The position numbers were made by a program, and so were the translations under genes. From the human T2T-CHM13v2.0 reference genome, Homo sapiens, in the NCBI RefSeq assembly GCF_009914755.1, contig NC_060942.1: a stretch of DNA of 64,000 nucleotides. One strand, given 5' to 3'. Positions 39,580 through 54,049 of the stretch are shown here, in pieces (the stretch's first letter is position 1; the number at the start of each line of letters is the position of its first letter). The notes under the pieces are model-generated. The model worked only from the letters and a program-made list of their open reading frames with translations, was not told where the DNA came from and did no database searches.

Positions 39580-39962
39580 TGTATTAGATCATTTTCATGC
39601 TGCTAATAAAGACATACTGGAGACTGGGTAATTTATAAATAAAAGGAGGTTTAACAGACTCATAGTTCCACAAGGCTGGGAGGCCTCACAATCATGGTGG
39701 AAGGCAAATGAGGAGCAAAGTCACGTCTTACATGGCAGCAGGCAAGAGAGCATGTGCAGGGGAATTCCCCTTTATAAAATCATCAGATCTCGTGAGTCTT
39801 ATTCACTATCATGAGAACAACATGGGAAAGACCCGCCCCCATTATTCAATTATCTCTCACCAGGTCCCTCCCACGATGTGCGGGAATTATGAAACCTACA
39901 ATTCAAGATGAGATGTGGGAATTATGAAAGCTAAAATTCAAGGACACAGCCAAACCATATCA
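39580..39962 (-). mobile_element. THE1C-like MaLR solo LTR with a small internal duplication
   Basis: tgtattag...gctgctaataaagacatac ... ggacacagccaaaccatatca; TSD tgcat/tgcac; gggaattatgaaa(c/g)cta(c/a)aattcaag occurs twice at ~39881-39942. Confidence 0.95.
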
Positions 39963-40021
39963 TGCACCATGCACTGAAATTCCACTCACATAGTATAATA
40001 CACACATATCCAGAGAAATAG

Positions 40022-40356
<335 letters not shown>

Positions 40357-40962
40357 CCTTAATTTAAAGAAAAAAAAAAAAAGCAAGAATAAATCCAAGG
40401 ACAATAGATTTGATTCAAGACACAAAGAAGACTGACAGCTCCAAGGAAGTGAGGTCAAACAAGAAGCATTTAGGAGTGTTAATTGAATAGAAGTCATTTT
40501 GCTTGACATTAATTTGAAGATATGGTACAAAAAATCTAATGTGAAGAAACTGGAGAAATAAAATCAAACAGTCTAAAAAGTTTCTGAAGTATTGTCTTAA
40601 AGTCAACACAGAAAAATCAAACAAAAACCAAATCGCCTTTTCAGTCTTTTGAAATTGCATATAGAAACAGTGTCATTTTACACTGCTTGAATGTTTAAAA
40701 CATTCCAAATAAGAAATAACAATGATTTTTAGCAGTTTTTCTACTGAACTACAGTCTGTTTCATGTGGATAATTTGTTTCCAAGGTAGACAGTCATCAGA
40801 AAATGTAAGAGAATGGGAAAAGAGCCATAAAAAACTCCTTGGAATTCTCAAATGGATCCATAGAATACGGTAGCCTACTTGGGTCAAAGGTATCAAAGCC
40901 ATAGCTGGCTAATGAAAGGAGATGGATAAAGACAGTTGGATATCCTCTCTGAGGTTACCTAG

Positions 40963-41376
40963 TGTTATGAGATTATTGTGTCCTGCTGCCAGAATTATAT
41001 GGTGAAGCCCTCACTCACAGCACCTCAGAATGTGACTGACTGTATTTGGAGATAAAGCCTTTAAAGAGGTCATTAAGGTAAGCTCAAATCATATAGATGG
41101 GCCCTAGCCCAGTGTCCATGTGAGAATAGGAGATTGCGGTGCACACATGCTTGTGCACAGAGGAAAGACCACAGCAAGGTGGTCCTCACAGCAACGTGAA
41201 GACACAGCAAGAAGGCGTCCACGTGCAGCCCAAGGAGAGAGGCCTCAGAAGAAACCATCCCTGCCCACACACGGATCTCAGACTTCGGGCTGCCAAAACT
41301 GTAAGAAAATACATTTCTTTCGTTTCAGCCACACCGTCTGTGATCTTTGTTATTGCAACCCCATTAAACTAATACA
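40963..41376 (+). mobile_element. MLT1B-like MaLR solo LTR, perfect 5-bp TSD
   Basis: tgttatg...cacctcagaatgtgact...gtatttggagata...gagagaggcctcagaagaaacca...aaactaataca; TSD cctag at 40958-40962 and 41377-41381. Confidence 0.93.
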
Positions 41377-41844
41377 CCTAGTTTGGCAAATTTGGGCAGA
41401 TCAGAAGTTAATGAAACTTGTGAAACAATGCTAAGCATAAATTTGGTATAATGTGCAATATATTAGCTATGACCCAAAATATTAATAGAATGCCCTCATT
41501 TAAAAATTCCTAGAACTACTGAAGACTCAAAAAGGCATGGATATTTTACACATACTTTTTTTGTCTTCATACATACATACCCATTCCCAGATTCTATGCT
41601 GTCTAAAATCTAAACTGTCAAGGCAAAATTCTCACAGTTCCCTGCCTACCCCAGGGATAAATGTCTGAATATCTAGGAGAGGCCTGGAGCCCAGCCCAGA
41701 GGAAATAAAAACAATAGCTATCACTATGTGACAGACCATAAAAGGCACTTAATATATGTTCTTTCACATAACACTTTTCTACCAACCCAAAATAAGAAAA
41801 TATAAACCTCATCAGAACCAAAGCCAAATAATTCTTCAAAAGAT

Positions 41845-41987
41845 GTTATTCTGCATATATTGGGTTAAATAAAACGTATTGCTAAAATTCACTTCACTTG
41901 TTTCTTTTTTAGTTCTTTAACGTGTCCACTGGGATATTCACAATTAACTATATGTGGCTTGCATTGTATTTCTATTGGATAGTGCTG
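41845..41987 (+). mobile_element. MER33/MER3 hAT MITE, 3' half
   Basis: atatattgggttaaataaaa...tatgtggcttgcattgtatttctattggatagtgctg. Confidence 0.75.
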
Positions 41988-43324
41988 ATCTAGAGAACTG
42001 GGCTTCAGGTGCAGGTTGAAAGAAGGGATTTGATAGGAAGAGAAAAGGAGACACTGCTGGAAGGAAGATTTTCCTTGAGTCTAAACAAGAAGCAGAAGCA
42101 TGAAAGGAAAAGAAGGAGGGAGTTAATCATGGAGTATGGACATTTATTCTGGGAAAGTTGCCCATGAATGGAGAGGACCAGCTGTCCTGAAATTAAGAGT
42201 GAGTGGATCTGGCAAAGCTCATTGTTTGTGCACCCATGGACTGGGTAGGGGCCCATAGATCACCCAGCATTCACTTGATCAAAGACTTTCCTAAGCTGTC
42301 CCCAGACACTATACCAACCATATTTCCCTTTGGCATCTAGTGGTGACTTTATTGCCAGCTTCAAACATATCAGCCATTTATGGCCCAGCAAAAGGAATAC
42401 TTACTTGTATTGCAAAACTTGGCTCAGGCTTCTCGCCACCAGGACACACATAATCTTATGAAAAGGGTGATAAAGTCCTAGAAGACTATTTAGTTGGTGA
42501 TAAAGAAGTTATTCACACACCTACCAATGGAAGATGAGAGCTAAGAAAGTCAGCTATCCCGAATTGGTGAGTCGCAGCTTTACAGTCTTCAAGAACTACA
42601 ACTCATTTATACCACAAGTATGTTGACGTAATTTTCAGCTTACCGAACATATGAAAATTTCCCTCTCTCTCTAATAAATACCCTCCAAAGCCCAGAAATT
42701 TGGCTTTGCTACTGACACCCCTTTGTTAAACCACTACTGAAAGGTAAAAGAGTATAACCTCACAAAGCTGCAATTATCTGGAATTTGAATATGCTTCCCC
42801 CCCTCTACACATATTCCTTTCTCCTCTAAGGCCATCCATGCTTTTCCTGAAGCCTAGGACCACAATTAGTGTTGACCTTTCTCTATTAGTTCTCAGTCTC
42901 TACTTCAACAAATAATGCCAACATGTTTTCCAAATAGTTTTATTGAGGTAAACTGATATACAAAGAATTGCACATACGATTTGATGAAATTTGTAGATCT
43001 CCTGTTAAGTGATCTTACCAAAGACAAAAAACAAAGAGATACAAAAAAGCCTTGGAAGGTGTTAGAAAGGTCAGCTTATTAACACAGACTAGGAATCCCC
43101 TGTCTCTTTTCCTGGCAGAAAACTATTTTAGTTCCAACAACTCTTTACCTTTTACAGGAAACACTCTTTGCTCTTTCCCTAAAAAATAAAATAAAATACC
43201 TGTCAATCTAGCTGACATTTGCTTTGACAGCACTTAAGTAGCTGAGCCACATGCCAGCATTCTCACTTTCATCTTATTCAGGACAGCAAAAGGTTAATTC
43301 TGCATCTGATTCTAATCTGCAGAG

Positions 43325-43524
43325 CAGGATTCCTCAACCTTGCTATTGTTAATTTAGGGCCAGATAATTCTCTATTAGGGAAGCTTCTTAGTGCATTCAA
43401 GGGTGCTGAACAGCCTCTATCCACTAGATTTTGGTAGAGTCTCCTGATTTACAAAATCAAAAATGCCTCCAAACATTGGCCAATCCCCTAAGTAACGAAA
43501 TTGCCACCCAGTTGAGAATTACTG
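43325..43524. mobile_element. MER20 hAT MITE
   Basis: ttcctcaaccttg...gggccagataattct...cctctatccactagat...aaaaatgcctccaaacattg...cccagttgagaattactg. Confidence 0.8.
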
Positions 43525-44354
43525 CTATAAATGACCAGGAAGGTACTGTACACCATATTATACCGTAAGATGGAAGGTATTTGGTTTTTTGCACCAGGAT
43601 ATGAAAAAAAGACATGAAATAGGTGAAATGCAAGAGGTCAGTAAGTGGCAAAGCAATGGTACATTATCATGTAGATATTCCACTTTTTATCACAACTCTA
43701 TCAAGGAAAATTGTAAGATTGGAAAAACTGATAACCTCATATTGGCAAATCAGGTGACTTTGACCCCACTGGAGCTAAATAAAGAATGAAATTAGATATA
43801 TCATTGCCCTCACCAAGTCCATATGTTTAAAAAAATAAAGAACTAAAACACACACTCTCAATCCATAATCCAATTGGATCAGCACTGTTTATACATTCAT
43901 GCCCATGCCTTATAATTTAAATGCACTTAAAGTTTCAAAGACTTAAATGTACAGCCATTTATTTATAGTACTTTATTTATAGTACGGAAATAAAAAAGCA
44001 TTGCAAACACTGCTTCTAGTTCATAATTTTAAATGGATTGCAAAGTTTTAAAATCTGGGCAAAAGTCTCAGATTACTAGTGCCAGGGTGCAGAAAGCCTT
44101 TGTGTTCTCTGCGGGCGACTTTGTATAGAGCTCATTGTCTCCTTCCTCTTTAAAGAACATGGAAGAATACATTCTCCTAGCTCTTGCAAGTCCCCAGCAC
44201 CACTGCCTGTTTGGCTTGCCTTGCCCATAGGAAAATCTTTCATCATTTTTCTCCATTGTACCAGGTTCTTACTAACATCTAGTTGAAAGGCATAATTTAC
44301 AATTTCAGAATATGAGATCCAAATGATGTGTCTAAAGTACTGGAAGCTTATGAT

Positions 44355-44530
44355 CGGGACAAGCTACATAATTTGTGTGGCCCAGTGCAAAATGAAACAT
44401 ATGGCCCCTTGTTCAAAAATTATTAAAAATTTCAAGAGAGTCCCAGCAGAGCGTTAAACCAAGCATGAGACCCTCTCTAGAGCAGGAGATCTCCAGGCTG
44501 CACAGGTCTCAGGCACTGCTTATGACACTG
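44355..44530 (+). mobile_element. MER45A hAT-Tip100 MITE
   Basis: gctacataatttgtgtggcccagtgcaaaatgaaa...ggccccttgttcaaaaattattaa...cagcagagcgttaaaccaagc. Confidence 0.85.
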
Positions 44531-45270
44531 GATTGGCTCTGCCATCAATTTGCTATGTAGCCTTGGGGAGGTCCCCTAAACTCTGCACATTTCCCCAACC
44601 CAAAACAAACACAGAAAATTGTGCCTTCTTAACCCAAGAATGAAGGGTGTCAAGGAAATCATTGACTTCAATCCTCTCATTTTTGGAAAGATCTATCCCA
44701 GGCTAATCTAGGAGATTTATGTGCATATATTCAAATCATTATTATTTCTGCCCTCATACACATCTACCTGACTTATATTAACTTGCTTCCTGAATAAAGG
44801 AAGAATTAAGTAGGGTGTCTCTACACTATAGATATATTACACCCATGAAGTAATGAGTGCAATTTTCATAGGTCACAGAGGAAAATCCAGTCTCATTATT
44901 GTGCAGTGGTGCATAGACAAATACCATTAGTTTTCATAGTCAAGGATTTCTTCACCTGTGAGAGTTTTTATCACAGAGAAAAATATGACTGAGGGTTGAG
45001 AGGGCACCCTGTCATGTCATGTGGCTCTGTTGTAGAGACTGCTTTTAAAATGTGTAGTTGCAGCCATTGGCCAAACCCAGAGTGCTGTGTCAGCCTGTGG
45101 AGTGGCTGTGGACAGTATTAGAATTTAGAAAGCATCTTTCCGTAAAGGACAGAAGGAACCATAAGCACCTGAAGTCTCTCTTTACTGTTTGGCATACAAT
45201 CCTTAAATAGGACTTCAGAACTAGAATTTGGAACTGCTGCAAAGTCTCTTAGAACCCTAAATTTGGATAC

Positions 45271-45621
45271 TGTCTGTCGGCTTGGGCTACCATAATGAAA
45301 AACCATAGGTTGGATGGCTTAAACACCAGACATTTACTTCCCACAGCTCTGGAGGCTGGAAGTCTGAAATCAGGGTGCCAGTATGTTTGGGTCCTGGTGT
45401 GGGCTCCCTTTCTGCTTGCTCTGTCTTCACAGGCTGGAAAGAACATGCTCTGGTGTCTCTTCTTATAAGAACACTAATCCGTGATGAAGCCAGGCCTTAA
45501 TGACCTCATCTAAACCTGACCACCTCCCAAAGGCTCCATCTCTTAATATCATCCCATTGGGGTTAGGATTTCAGAGTATGAATCTGGTGGAGTGAGGGAA
45601 GCAAGCATTCACTCCATAACA
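45271..45621 (-). mobile_element. MLT1A0-like MaLR solo LTR
   Basis: gggctaccataatgaaaaaccatagg...tggcttaaaca...ctggaggctggaagtctgaaatcagggtgcca...tcttataagaacactaatc...cattcactccataaca. Confidence 0.88.
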
Positions 45622-47019
45622 GACATGATGCCTGTAACACTTTGGGAGGAGTTGTACAGGACAGCGGGCATGAGCAACAGGCATGGGCATGCTATTAAAC
45701 TCATACTATCCCTTGTAAATGGAATTCTAAGCAAGCAAACACAGTATAGCTGAGGGAAGAGGCAGAGGCCTGTGCTGAACTTCATCAGAAAGGATGGCAG
45801 GAGGCTGCTAAGATTGCAGCAGCCAATGTGCTACCTAAGCCAACCCAGACAGTTTGAAAACCTTCCTTCACGAGCCAGCTTTGGCAGAGGGGAGAGGGAA
45901 CTGAGCCACTGACTTTAGCTGTCCCCTTCTTGTGGTACTGAAAAGTAATGTGGAGCTAGCTGTCTTCCTAGAGACCTAGTCACTGCTCAAAGCAGAACAT
46001 CTCAGGCAGAGTCTCCAGCAGCCACACATGGGAGGCTAAACCTTAGCTGTGGGTCAATTGGTCATCAAAAGATACTCTTGAGAGAAGAGATTCAGGTCTT
46101 CTATCCACTCAATGTATCTGAGAGTCAATATTATTGGTCTTTTGTTATATCCCCATTTGCCCCCAGGAAACTGGTGGAGGTGCAGACTTGGTGAATCCTG
46201 AGGGGGAAACTGGGTGCCTGAGGCCAGCTAGAATTTCAGTAAGAGGGAAAGTGGGTATATTTGCATTTCTTGTTCCAACCATCTTCGGCATGTTCTTTTT
46301 TGTTTTTCTAACACTGTTTAGGCTAGGAAGAAATTGTTTCCATTTACTGTCGGTTGATAAAGGAGAATCATGTTATAAAAAGCATGCTTTGACCAGGCAT
46401 GTGTCACAGTAACTGGCCTGAACAAGAACTGCTGCATCTCAAAGCTTTAATCCACTCTCTATAGAGGGCAATGCACACAAACTCATCCTCAACTTTTGTG
46501 AAGGCTGCAGATGACTGGAGATGCTGCTGCTTTATGGCAGTGTTCCAGCTTTTACTATACTATGAAACACACCTCTCTAGAATTAAAATCTCTTAGAAAA
46601 TTGTAAATTTGCCACTTATTCTGTGAATAACAACATATGAAGTTATAAAAGAACCACAACATCACAAAATATTGAAACTGAAGACCTAAAATTCTGCCTC
46701 TTTTAATATATTGTATCTCTTTATTTTGTGGAAAGGAAAAGAAGCCCCCAAAAGGCCAGTGGGCTTTGCAGGATCTCACAAACATTAAATGTCAGAGCAG
46801 GTGATCAAAACCCATATATCCCTCCAGTCCAATAAACTTTCCAAATCTGAAGAGCCAAGTCCCTAAATATTGTAAGTAATTTTAATGCAGAAGTATTGGC
46901 TTTCATGTTTCCAAATCAGTGCTTTCCTGAATCTCTTTATTTCAATAAATAAAATCGATTTTAAAAACTGATTTTGATACAATTTTAGTCTTACTCTTTT
47001 CATGTGGAAATATGAAATT

Positions 47020-48790
47020 TTGAAAGAGAAATTGAATTCTCCTCTCCAAGCCTTCACCTCCCATTCATACCTCAACACACTGCAATGCGATTTCACCTCC
47101 ACCCCTCCACTAAAGTTGTTCTAGCTAAGCTCATCAGGGAGGGACCCTCTAATTGCTCAATTTAGTACACATATCTTTATTTTTGAAACTCCCTACCCTA
47201 TGAAAGCCATTACACCACACCCTTCTAGATCTCTTTGAAACTTTGTAGTCATCCCTTCCCTGCTTCATAGTGACAGACATGAAAGTGGCCCCAGAGTCCC
47301 CACTTTCTGGTGTATAATTTCCTCCCTGCTGAATGTGGAAAGTACTTTTGATTTGCTTATAACCAATAGAATACATCATGGTCACAGGACATGTGTGAGC
47401 GTGTGTATGTGATTACACTACATACAATAGTAACACCCTTCCTACCAGGAGGTCCTCTCTTCCTTGCTGGCTGTAATGAAGGAGGATCCCATGATGGGGA
47501 GGCCACATGTCAAGGAACTTCAGGTGTCCTCTAGGATTTGAAGGTGGCTTCCATCAAGAAACTGAGGCCCTCAGTCCAGCAGTCTGCAAAATAATGGAAT
47601 ACTGCTAACAACCACATGAGTTCCCGTAAAATTTTTCCCCAGTCAAGCTTCAGATGAGATCACAGCCCTGCTTAACACCTTGATTCCATTGATTACAACC
47701 TTGGGAGATTCTCAAAGCAGAGGACCCAGCTAACAAGGCACTGACTCCTGACCTGCGTTACAGTATGTTGTAACAGATAATTAAGCATCCCATCTAGGCT
47801 TTTTTCCCCCCTTTCTTGGTATACTTTGAGGTTTTGTGAAAGGAGTATTGGCTCTTTTACTCTATACAACTCTCCTTGGTGAGTTCATCTGATGGCATTT
47901 TAACTACCCAAATGCTGATGATTTCTGAATTTTTATTTATAATCCAAATCCCATTGTGGGCTTCAGATGGATACAGCTGCTACCTACTCCTGTTCTCCAG
48001 AGCCAACATCAATTCAGTGTTCTTGAACCCCATTCACCACCTGCCCACTCTCTTCCTATCCTTTATAGCTCTCTCAGTGACCCTATACCAAAACCCAAGT
48101 GAAAAACTTGAACTTACTCCAGACTCTTCCCCTTCTTTCCCTTTGGTCTCAAGGTCATGCCAATTTTCCTTCTCAGTGTCTTCCAAATCTCTCACTCTCT
48201 CATTCCCACTATCATGGTCTTAATACAGGTTCTCATCATTTCTCACCTCCTCACCATTGTTTCTATTTTAATAGCCTCCAGTCTGAACAATATGATCCCT
48301 TGTATACAGCACATCACAGGCTCCCTCTGCACAGTGCAGGAGGCCCCCACATCTCAGCTCTGTGCTGCTTCAGCCTCATTCAACACCCCTAACAGCCTAT
48401 GAGCCTGTGAAAACTTGGGGCTCACCAGATGCAGGAAAGCTCCAGGTTTTGCTCCTTGTGTCTCTCCTCTCCCTTCTTGCCTTTATCTCATCAACTCCTT
48501 TTCACTTAAGAAAGCCCCTGGGCCTCCCCGGGTGTGCAGATGTCTCCCTGGATACCCCCATAATACCAGCCTACCCTCACCTCATGTGGTCACAGTTGGT
48601 TTCCATTTTTCCACCTGGACACACAGAGTGCCTCACACGCCTGCAATGTATATCAACGCTGTGCTTCCACCATCTGACCTAACACCAGATGGAAACAAGG
48701 ACCGTGTTTCTTTGCTGTGGTATCACACCATGTAAAATCATGCCTGGAACACCATGGATACTCAACAAACATTTGTTTAATAAATGGACA
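47020..48790 (+). mobile_element. L2 LINE remnant, interrupted by MLT1E
   Basis: cacctccacccctccactaaagttgttctagctaag, accaaatgctgatgatttc, aggtcatgccaattt, 3' end tgcctggaacaccatggatactcaacaaacatttgtttaataaatg. Confidence 0.7.
47268..47787 (+). mobile_element. MLT1E-like MaLR LTR
   Basis: aaagtggcccc, tataaccaatagaata, gtgattaca, aagaaactgaggccctcagtcc, ctgctaacaaccacatgag, ccagtcaagcttcagatgag, gcagaggacccagctaa. Confidence 0.8.
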
Positions 48791-51700
48791 TTACAAACCA
48801 TATTTTTTAACTAAATGCTAAAAACATCCCATTTGTACCATGAGAGAAATGCTTGCAACTTAATTTAACAGTGTCAGGTTAGGCAAATGGAGTATGAAAT
48901 GAAAAACACCAAAGAAGTTGTATTTTTAATTAAAATTAAAGTTTTCAATGAGTATTAATGAGCACATTTGGGGGCTCCTTATTTTGTTTCAATTCCATTT
49001 GTAGATAGTTATAATGCAGGTTTCAACTTTCTGTTAGATTTTCAAGAAATTGTAAAAGGAAATTATAATAGAACAGCAATTTTATGTCACCGAAAAGCTC
49101 ACAGTCTTTATGATACCTGCTCATTCTTCCAGTTCAAGCTTAAAAAAAGGAAAGCTATTTTACCAAAGAACAGTTACAAAATGGATTTCATATCATTGTC
49201 CTATACTTTACCACTATTGATAATCACACATAAAAATACCTTCTAGTAATAAGAAAGATAAAAGTAACAAAAGATTTTGTGTGAAGGACAATTACTCTTC
49301 TAAGTTTTTCCCAGAATAAATGCAGTCCTTCTAATGCTTCCATCTTCTCCATTCAGGCGTTAGAATAAGAAAGTAGTCAACGATCAAATAACTTTTCATT
49401 TCCTTTCAATTCTCTTTTTACATTTCTTCTGGCACTCTTCACACAATGGCCGGCTACACTCTAGAGATTACAGATGATGACAAAGTGGACAAATTAGCTT
49501 AGAATAAAAGTAAAGCTTGTACTTTTCTCTGAAGCAGTCACTTAAAAGCAAATGCAATTTTGATGAGAGAGTTGTTCGGATCTAATAATTCAATTCTAGA
49601 AATTCAAGAAATTGTAAGAATGATGCACTCAACAAAGCTTGTTGAATAAATCCACTTTAAAAAAATCATTTTTAAAATCCTTGTAAGTTCTCCACACATG
49701 AGTTTTCAGTATTATATTCTGGGCCTGAAAAACTCTTTATAAATTCAGTGTCAAGAACACCTCCTAGAAAATAAAGAATGGGTTCAAGGAAGAAATTTAA
49801 GCATCTGTTAGAATGCTTGCAGACCCAGCTTCAGGACACAGGAAAAGCAATGCAACTGACGGAAACTTCCATAGAAGAAAAGCCACTGAGAAATAAGGGC
49901 TTTAAGAGCAGTGGTTGTTAAGTTTTCATTTATGTAGGAGACAAAATATGCAGTGGTCCCAGGCAGGTCTGGAGCAAATTTGGCCTAAGACTTATCTAAG
50001 AAGTAGGAAATCAGTTCTAGAGAAAAAAAAAATTTTAGTAGTATTTTAATAGCCAGGCTTCAAACACTGTACAGCAGAAATAAATTATAGAAGGAAAACC
50101 TACACCAAGAAAAACTCAGAGTAAAATATTTTCTAATCCTGTGGAAAACAAGCTTTAGTTTGGAAATAAATGGGTTAAACAGGTTAAGATACTTTGTGTG
50201 TAAATTTATGTCTGCCAAGATTACTAAGAATATCACTTTATTTTTACAGATAACCATGTTAATAAATTTTGTACTTTTATATCTACAAAATTGTATTTTT
50301 GTCACTTTATTTGGCTAAAGCTTTTTGTTATTGTTGTTTTTTACTGCACTGTAAAAAGTGGGAACTCATTTTGTTTGTTTGAAACCATACTTTTTTTTTA
50401 CTATTAAAAGAAACCCTCATGAGAACTGGGAATTACTCTTCAAACTACAGCAGACAGACTTTTAGGGTAAAATGGAGTCATTTATCTGCGCCTAAGCATA
50501 TGTGCATACATGTGGATGAGTGTGAGTTTCAATACTTTGCTTACACACAGAGACTCTGTTCTTATTATAGGTACACTCATCTTTCCTAGTTATTTTCTTC
50601 TTACTCACAAGTAGCCAAGTTTCCACTCCAGTTTGGAAGTATTTGGCAATAGTAAACAAGCCAGGAACAAGACACACTTACCTATTTAATATGACTACAC
50701 ATATTTACTAGGAAAATTGGACGCAAGTAAATGATTCAAGAATAAAGCCACATGGCAAGAAAGTGTCCTGGGGAGGGTGTCATTCGGGTCCAGCCAGCCG
50801 AAGGCTCACCTGAAGACAGGTCACTGGGGGATGTGAGCATCCTCACCTTAGGGGAACCCAGCCTGGTTCCACAAAGCCACAGATCTGGGTGGCACCAGAA
50901 TGGCTGTTAAACTCAGCCAAAAGTAAGGTCTATTGTGGTGATGCTGTCAATTAAGACTCTTTTCCCAAAATAATTTGGTAAAATAGAAATGAATGCAAAT
51001 CAGTCTCATCTAGCAGCTAACTATTAGACAGTTTTACCACCCACTCTAGTGCACCGCTATTTCAGAACTCGGCGGCAGAGGGAGGTGGTTGGAGGATTAC
51101 ATAACACTAATTTTGTAGCTAGGCTGTAATTCGTGAAGTTTCTATGTTCATCCTAGAGACTCATTTCCATAGTCAGCTCATAAGAATGCAACATAGTGGG
51201 CCATAAACAATGAGGTGATATGATTACTTCTTAAGAAAACAAAGAGAGACTTCCAATTACTTTTCTACATTTTGCTTTCTGCAAAGTTACATTCTATCAT
51301 TTAAGAAAATGCATACTGAATCTGCCATCACATCATTAAATGACACCAGTGGCAATTAGAATGCAGCCTGACCTTGCCAAACTGTTGGCGTCTGCAACTC
51401 AAAAACTCCTGGTATTTTCTACATCAGGTTTGCTATCACCCAAGCTCTGCCCTCTCCTCCATACATAATCTCATAAGTACCTGTCTTTAGTTGCAGAAGG
51501 ACATGTTTACTCTCTTCCAAATGCCCAAAAGCAGGTTGTCAGAATTTTTAACTACCTTGCAATCCACATATTCGACCTTGAGTTCCTTGGAGGAGGAACT
51601 CTATCTTGAACCTCTTTGTAGGCACTTTGAGTATTTAATAGTCTAGTTTATTCTAGTGAACAAATGCCACTGTGAACTAATGATGGAAAAAATTCAAATA

Positions 51701-51977
51701 AGAGTAAAGACTGGCCTACTTGTTTATAAAACTTTCAAGATGTCAATGAACATATTGACACCAGCCAAGTAACCAAATGTATATAGGATAAAGTTACTTT
51801 CCTACCACAAAGGCCAAAAACTTAACACCTACTTCAGAAATTCCAGAGTCAGGTACAAAATCCAGGTACATGGCTTGCAATTCATGTATTTGCCATTTTT
51901 AAGCACGAGGGATCCTGCAGTAAATAAGACCAACAAGATACCTCTTGGATCATATCTTTGAAAATTGTGGCTGGCAA

Positions 51978-52130
51978 GGCATAAATGCTTAAGGGGATGG
52001 ATACCGCATTCTCCATGATATGAGTATTTCACTTTGAATGCCTGTATCAAAACATCTCATGCACCCAATAAATATATACAACTACTATGTACCCACAAAA
52101 TTAAAAATTCTAAAATTTTAAATAAACAAA
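51978..52130 (+). mobile_element. L1MA-type extreme 3' end with A-rich tail
   Basis: ataaatgcttaaggggatggatacc...tgcctgtatcaaaacatctcatgcacccaataaatatatacaactactatgtacccacaaaattaaaaa. Confidence 0.9.
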
Positions 52131-52619
52131 ATATGGGTAACTGTCAGCTCAAAGTTAAAAAAAAAAAAAGGAAAGAAGGAAAAATAAAGGAAATTGGTGG
52201 CAGGAAGAGAAACAGAAAACAGAAAAAAATTCTCCGAAAAAATTATGTAATGACAGAGAGTGACAGCTCTAACGAAGATGATGAAAAGGTAGAGCAAGGA
52301 ACTAAGATGGACAAGGAAGCGCGTAGAGAGTTAGGGAAAGCCTTGCAGCATGTGACTTTCTGATCCAGATAGAGGGCCGGAGCAAGACCTGGGAGGAGCT
52401 GGGAGAAACCTTGAGTGTTGAGGAGCAGCAAAAATCCCTTTGGATGAATCCCTTTGTATCCACTTGGGTGTTTAATATTCTAGGTCATTATAATGAAGAA
52501 ATACCACTGCAAACTAATGGTGGAACATTCAAATAGGAGCAAAGCCTAACCTGCTTGTTAACAAACATTTCAAAGCCCCTGAAAAAAGAGCATGCCTGGG
52601 ATCTCCAGGACCACCTGCA

Positions 52620-53500
52620 GGACCCATGGAGCCATGCAGGCCAAGAGAAAGTGTCAGTGGCAAAAGAGGCAGTCATGGGGACATGCCAGGGCAAGCTCAT
52701 GCAGGGCCTTGCAAACCCGGGTAAAAAATTCAGATTTTGTTTTTCTAAGTGTCAGGAAAAGCCACTGGAGGTTTTGAGCAGGAGATGGATACCACAGGAT
52801 CTACAGAATTCTAATGAGAGAGGGTCACAGCTTGATCTAAGGTAATTACTGGGCAGATGGCAGAAAGAAGTCTGATCTAGAACATGTTTTGAAGGTAACT
52901 CCAACAGGATTTACTGGTGCTTGAATCTGTTGTGCGGGGGAAATAAAATCTCCAAGCTTCGAGGTATGAAAACTGCATTAAGCGTGGTACTGCTTTCTGA
53001 GGCAGAACAAAGTGGAGAAGGTGCAAGCTGTGGAGGAGAGGGTGATGGAGAATAAATTCCAAGTTGTGATCCAGACGTGTCAGCTGTGAGATGCTAAGTT
53101 GGCAGCCTGACATGTGGAGGAGAGGGAGAATGGCAGCATGAAAGGAGCTGGAGATATAAGTTTGCGTTTCATGAGTAGACAGATGACATCTAAAGCTCTG
53201 GGACCACAGCTAGAGAGGAGGCCAAGTGTGGCTGCCTTTGAGAATTCTGATCTTTGCGGAGTGGGAAGGGGAGGAAGGGTCATCAAAAACTGAACAGTGA
53301 GAACTACCAGGCAGAGAGGAAGCAAGAAATCAAGGGAGTTGTGGTTCCTGGAAGCAAAGCCAAGAAAATGTCCCAAGAAGGAAGGAACAGTGCACGGTGT
53401 CCAAGCCTGCAGAGAGACTAAGTAAAAGAAACTGTGGCTTGTCATCATGTACAATGGTGATTTTAGTGGGAGTAGGGAAGAAAGTCCGCATTTGAAGGTG
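52620..53500 (-). mobile_element. L2 LINE remnant
   Basis: catgcagggccttg, gccactggaggttttgagcagg, ccaacaggatttactggtg, ggagctggagatataagtttg, gtggttcctggaagcaaag. Confidence 0.8.
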
Positions 53501-54049
53501 ATCTAAGTACTCTCTCACATAGTTTGCATTTTAAAACTTTCAGTACCCAGGGCCTGTAGATTGAGTATACATTTATACATCACACCTCTTAGACCAACCA
53601 TGAAAAGAGAATTCAGGAACAGGACGTCCATGGAGATGCAAGTATTAGTAGGGCTCACTGAGTGTCAGATGTCTCTATATACAAAGGAGTCAACTGCATC
53701 CTGGGGAACTCTGAGAGGAATCTAGTATTCTTAAAAAGAAGGGAGGATGAACAAAGAAGGAAAAGTTATTATTTAATTCTACATTTCAATAATTCAGATT
53801 AAAGGGGATGAGAACAGGATTTGATCATTAGACAGTCATGGATCTGAATATGCAAGATGATCTCTATATTTTATATCTGTGTACAGCACTTTCTATGTGT
53901 CCTTAATACATATATTTGATGGTTATAACCTGACAAGAAAGTAGTTAAAGTAGGGAAATGCTCTGCGGTGATTTATAGCACTCAGGCAAAAAGTGCTGCG
54001 GCATTTTCCTAGATCTTCCTTAAGGCAAACAGTGACAACAGCAGAGGCC

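Noticed and set aside
43958-43985. 14-bp perfect tandem duplication tttatttatagtac x2 (similar small duplication near 54423-54455)
   Set aside because: Ordinary slippage-type microduplication.
52034-52363. Lys/Glu-rich 109-aa ORF
   Set aside because: Read-through of an L1 A-rich tail and purine-rich flank.
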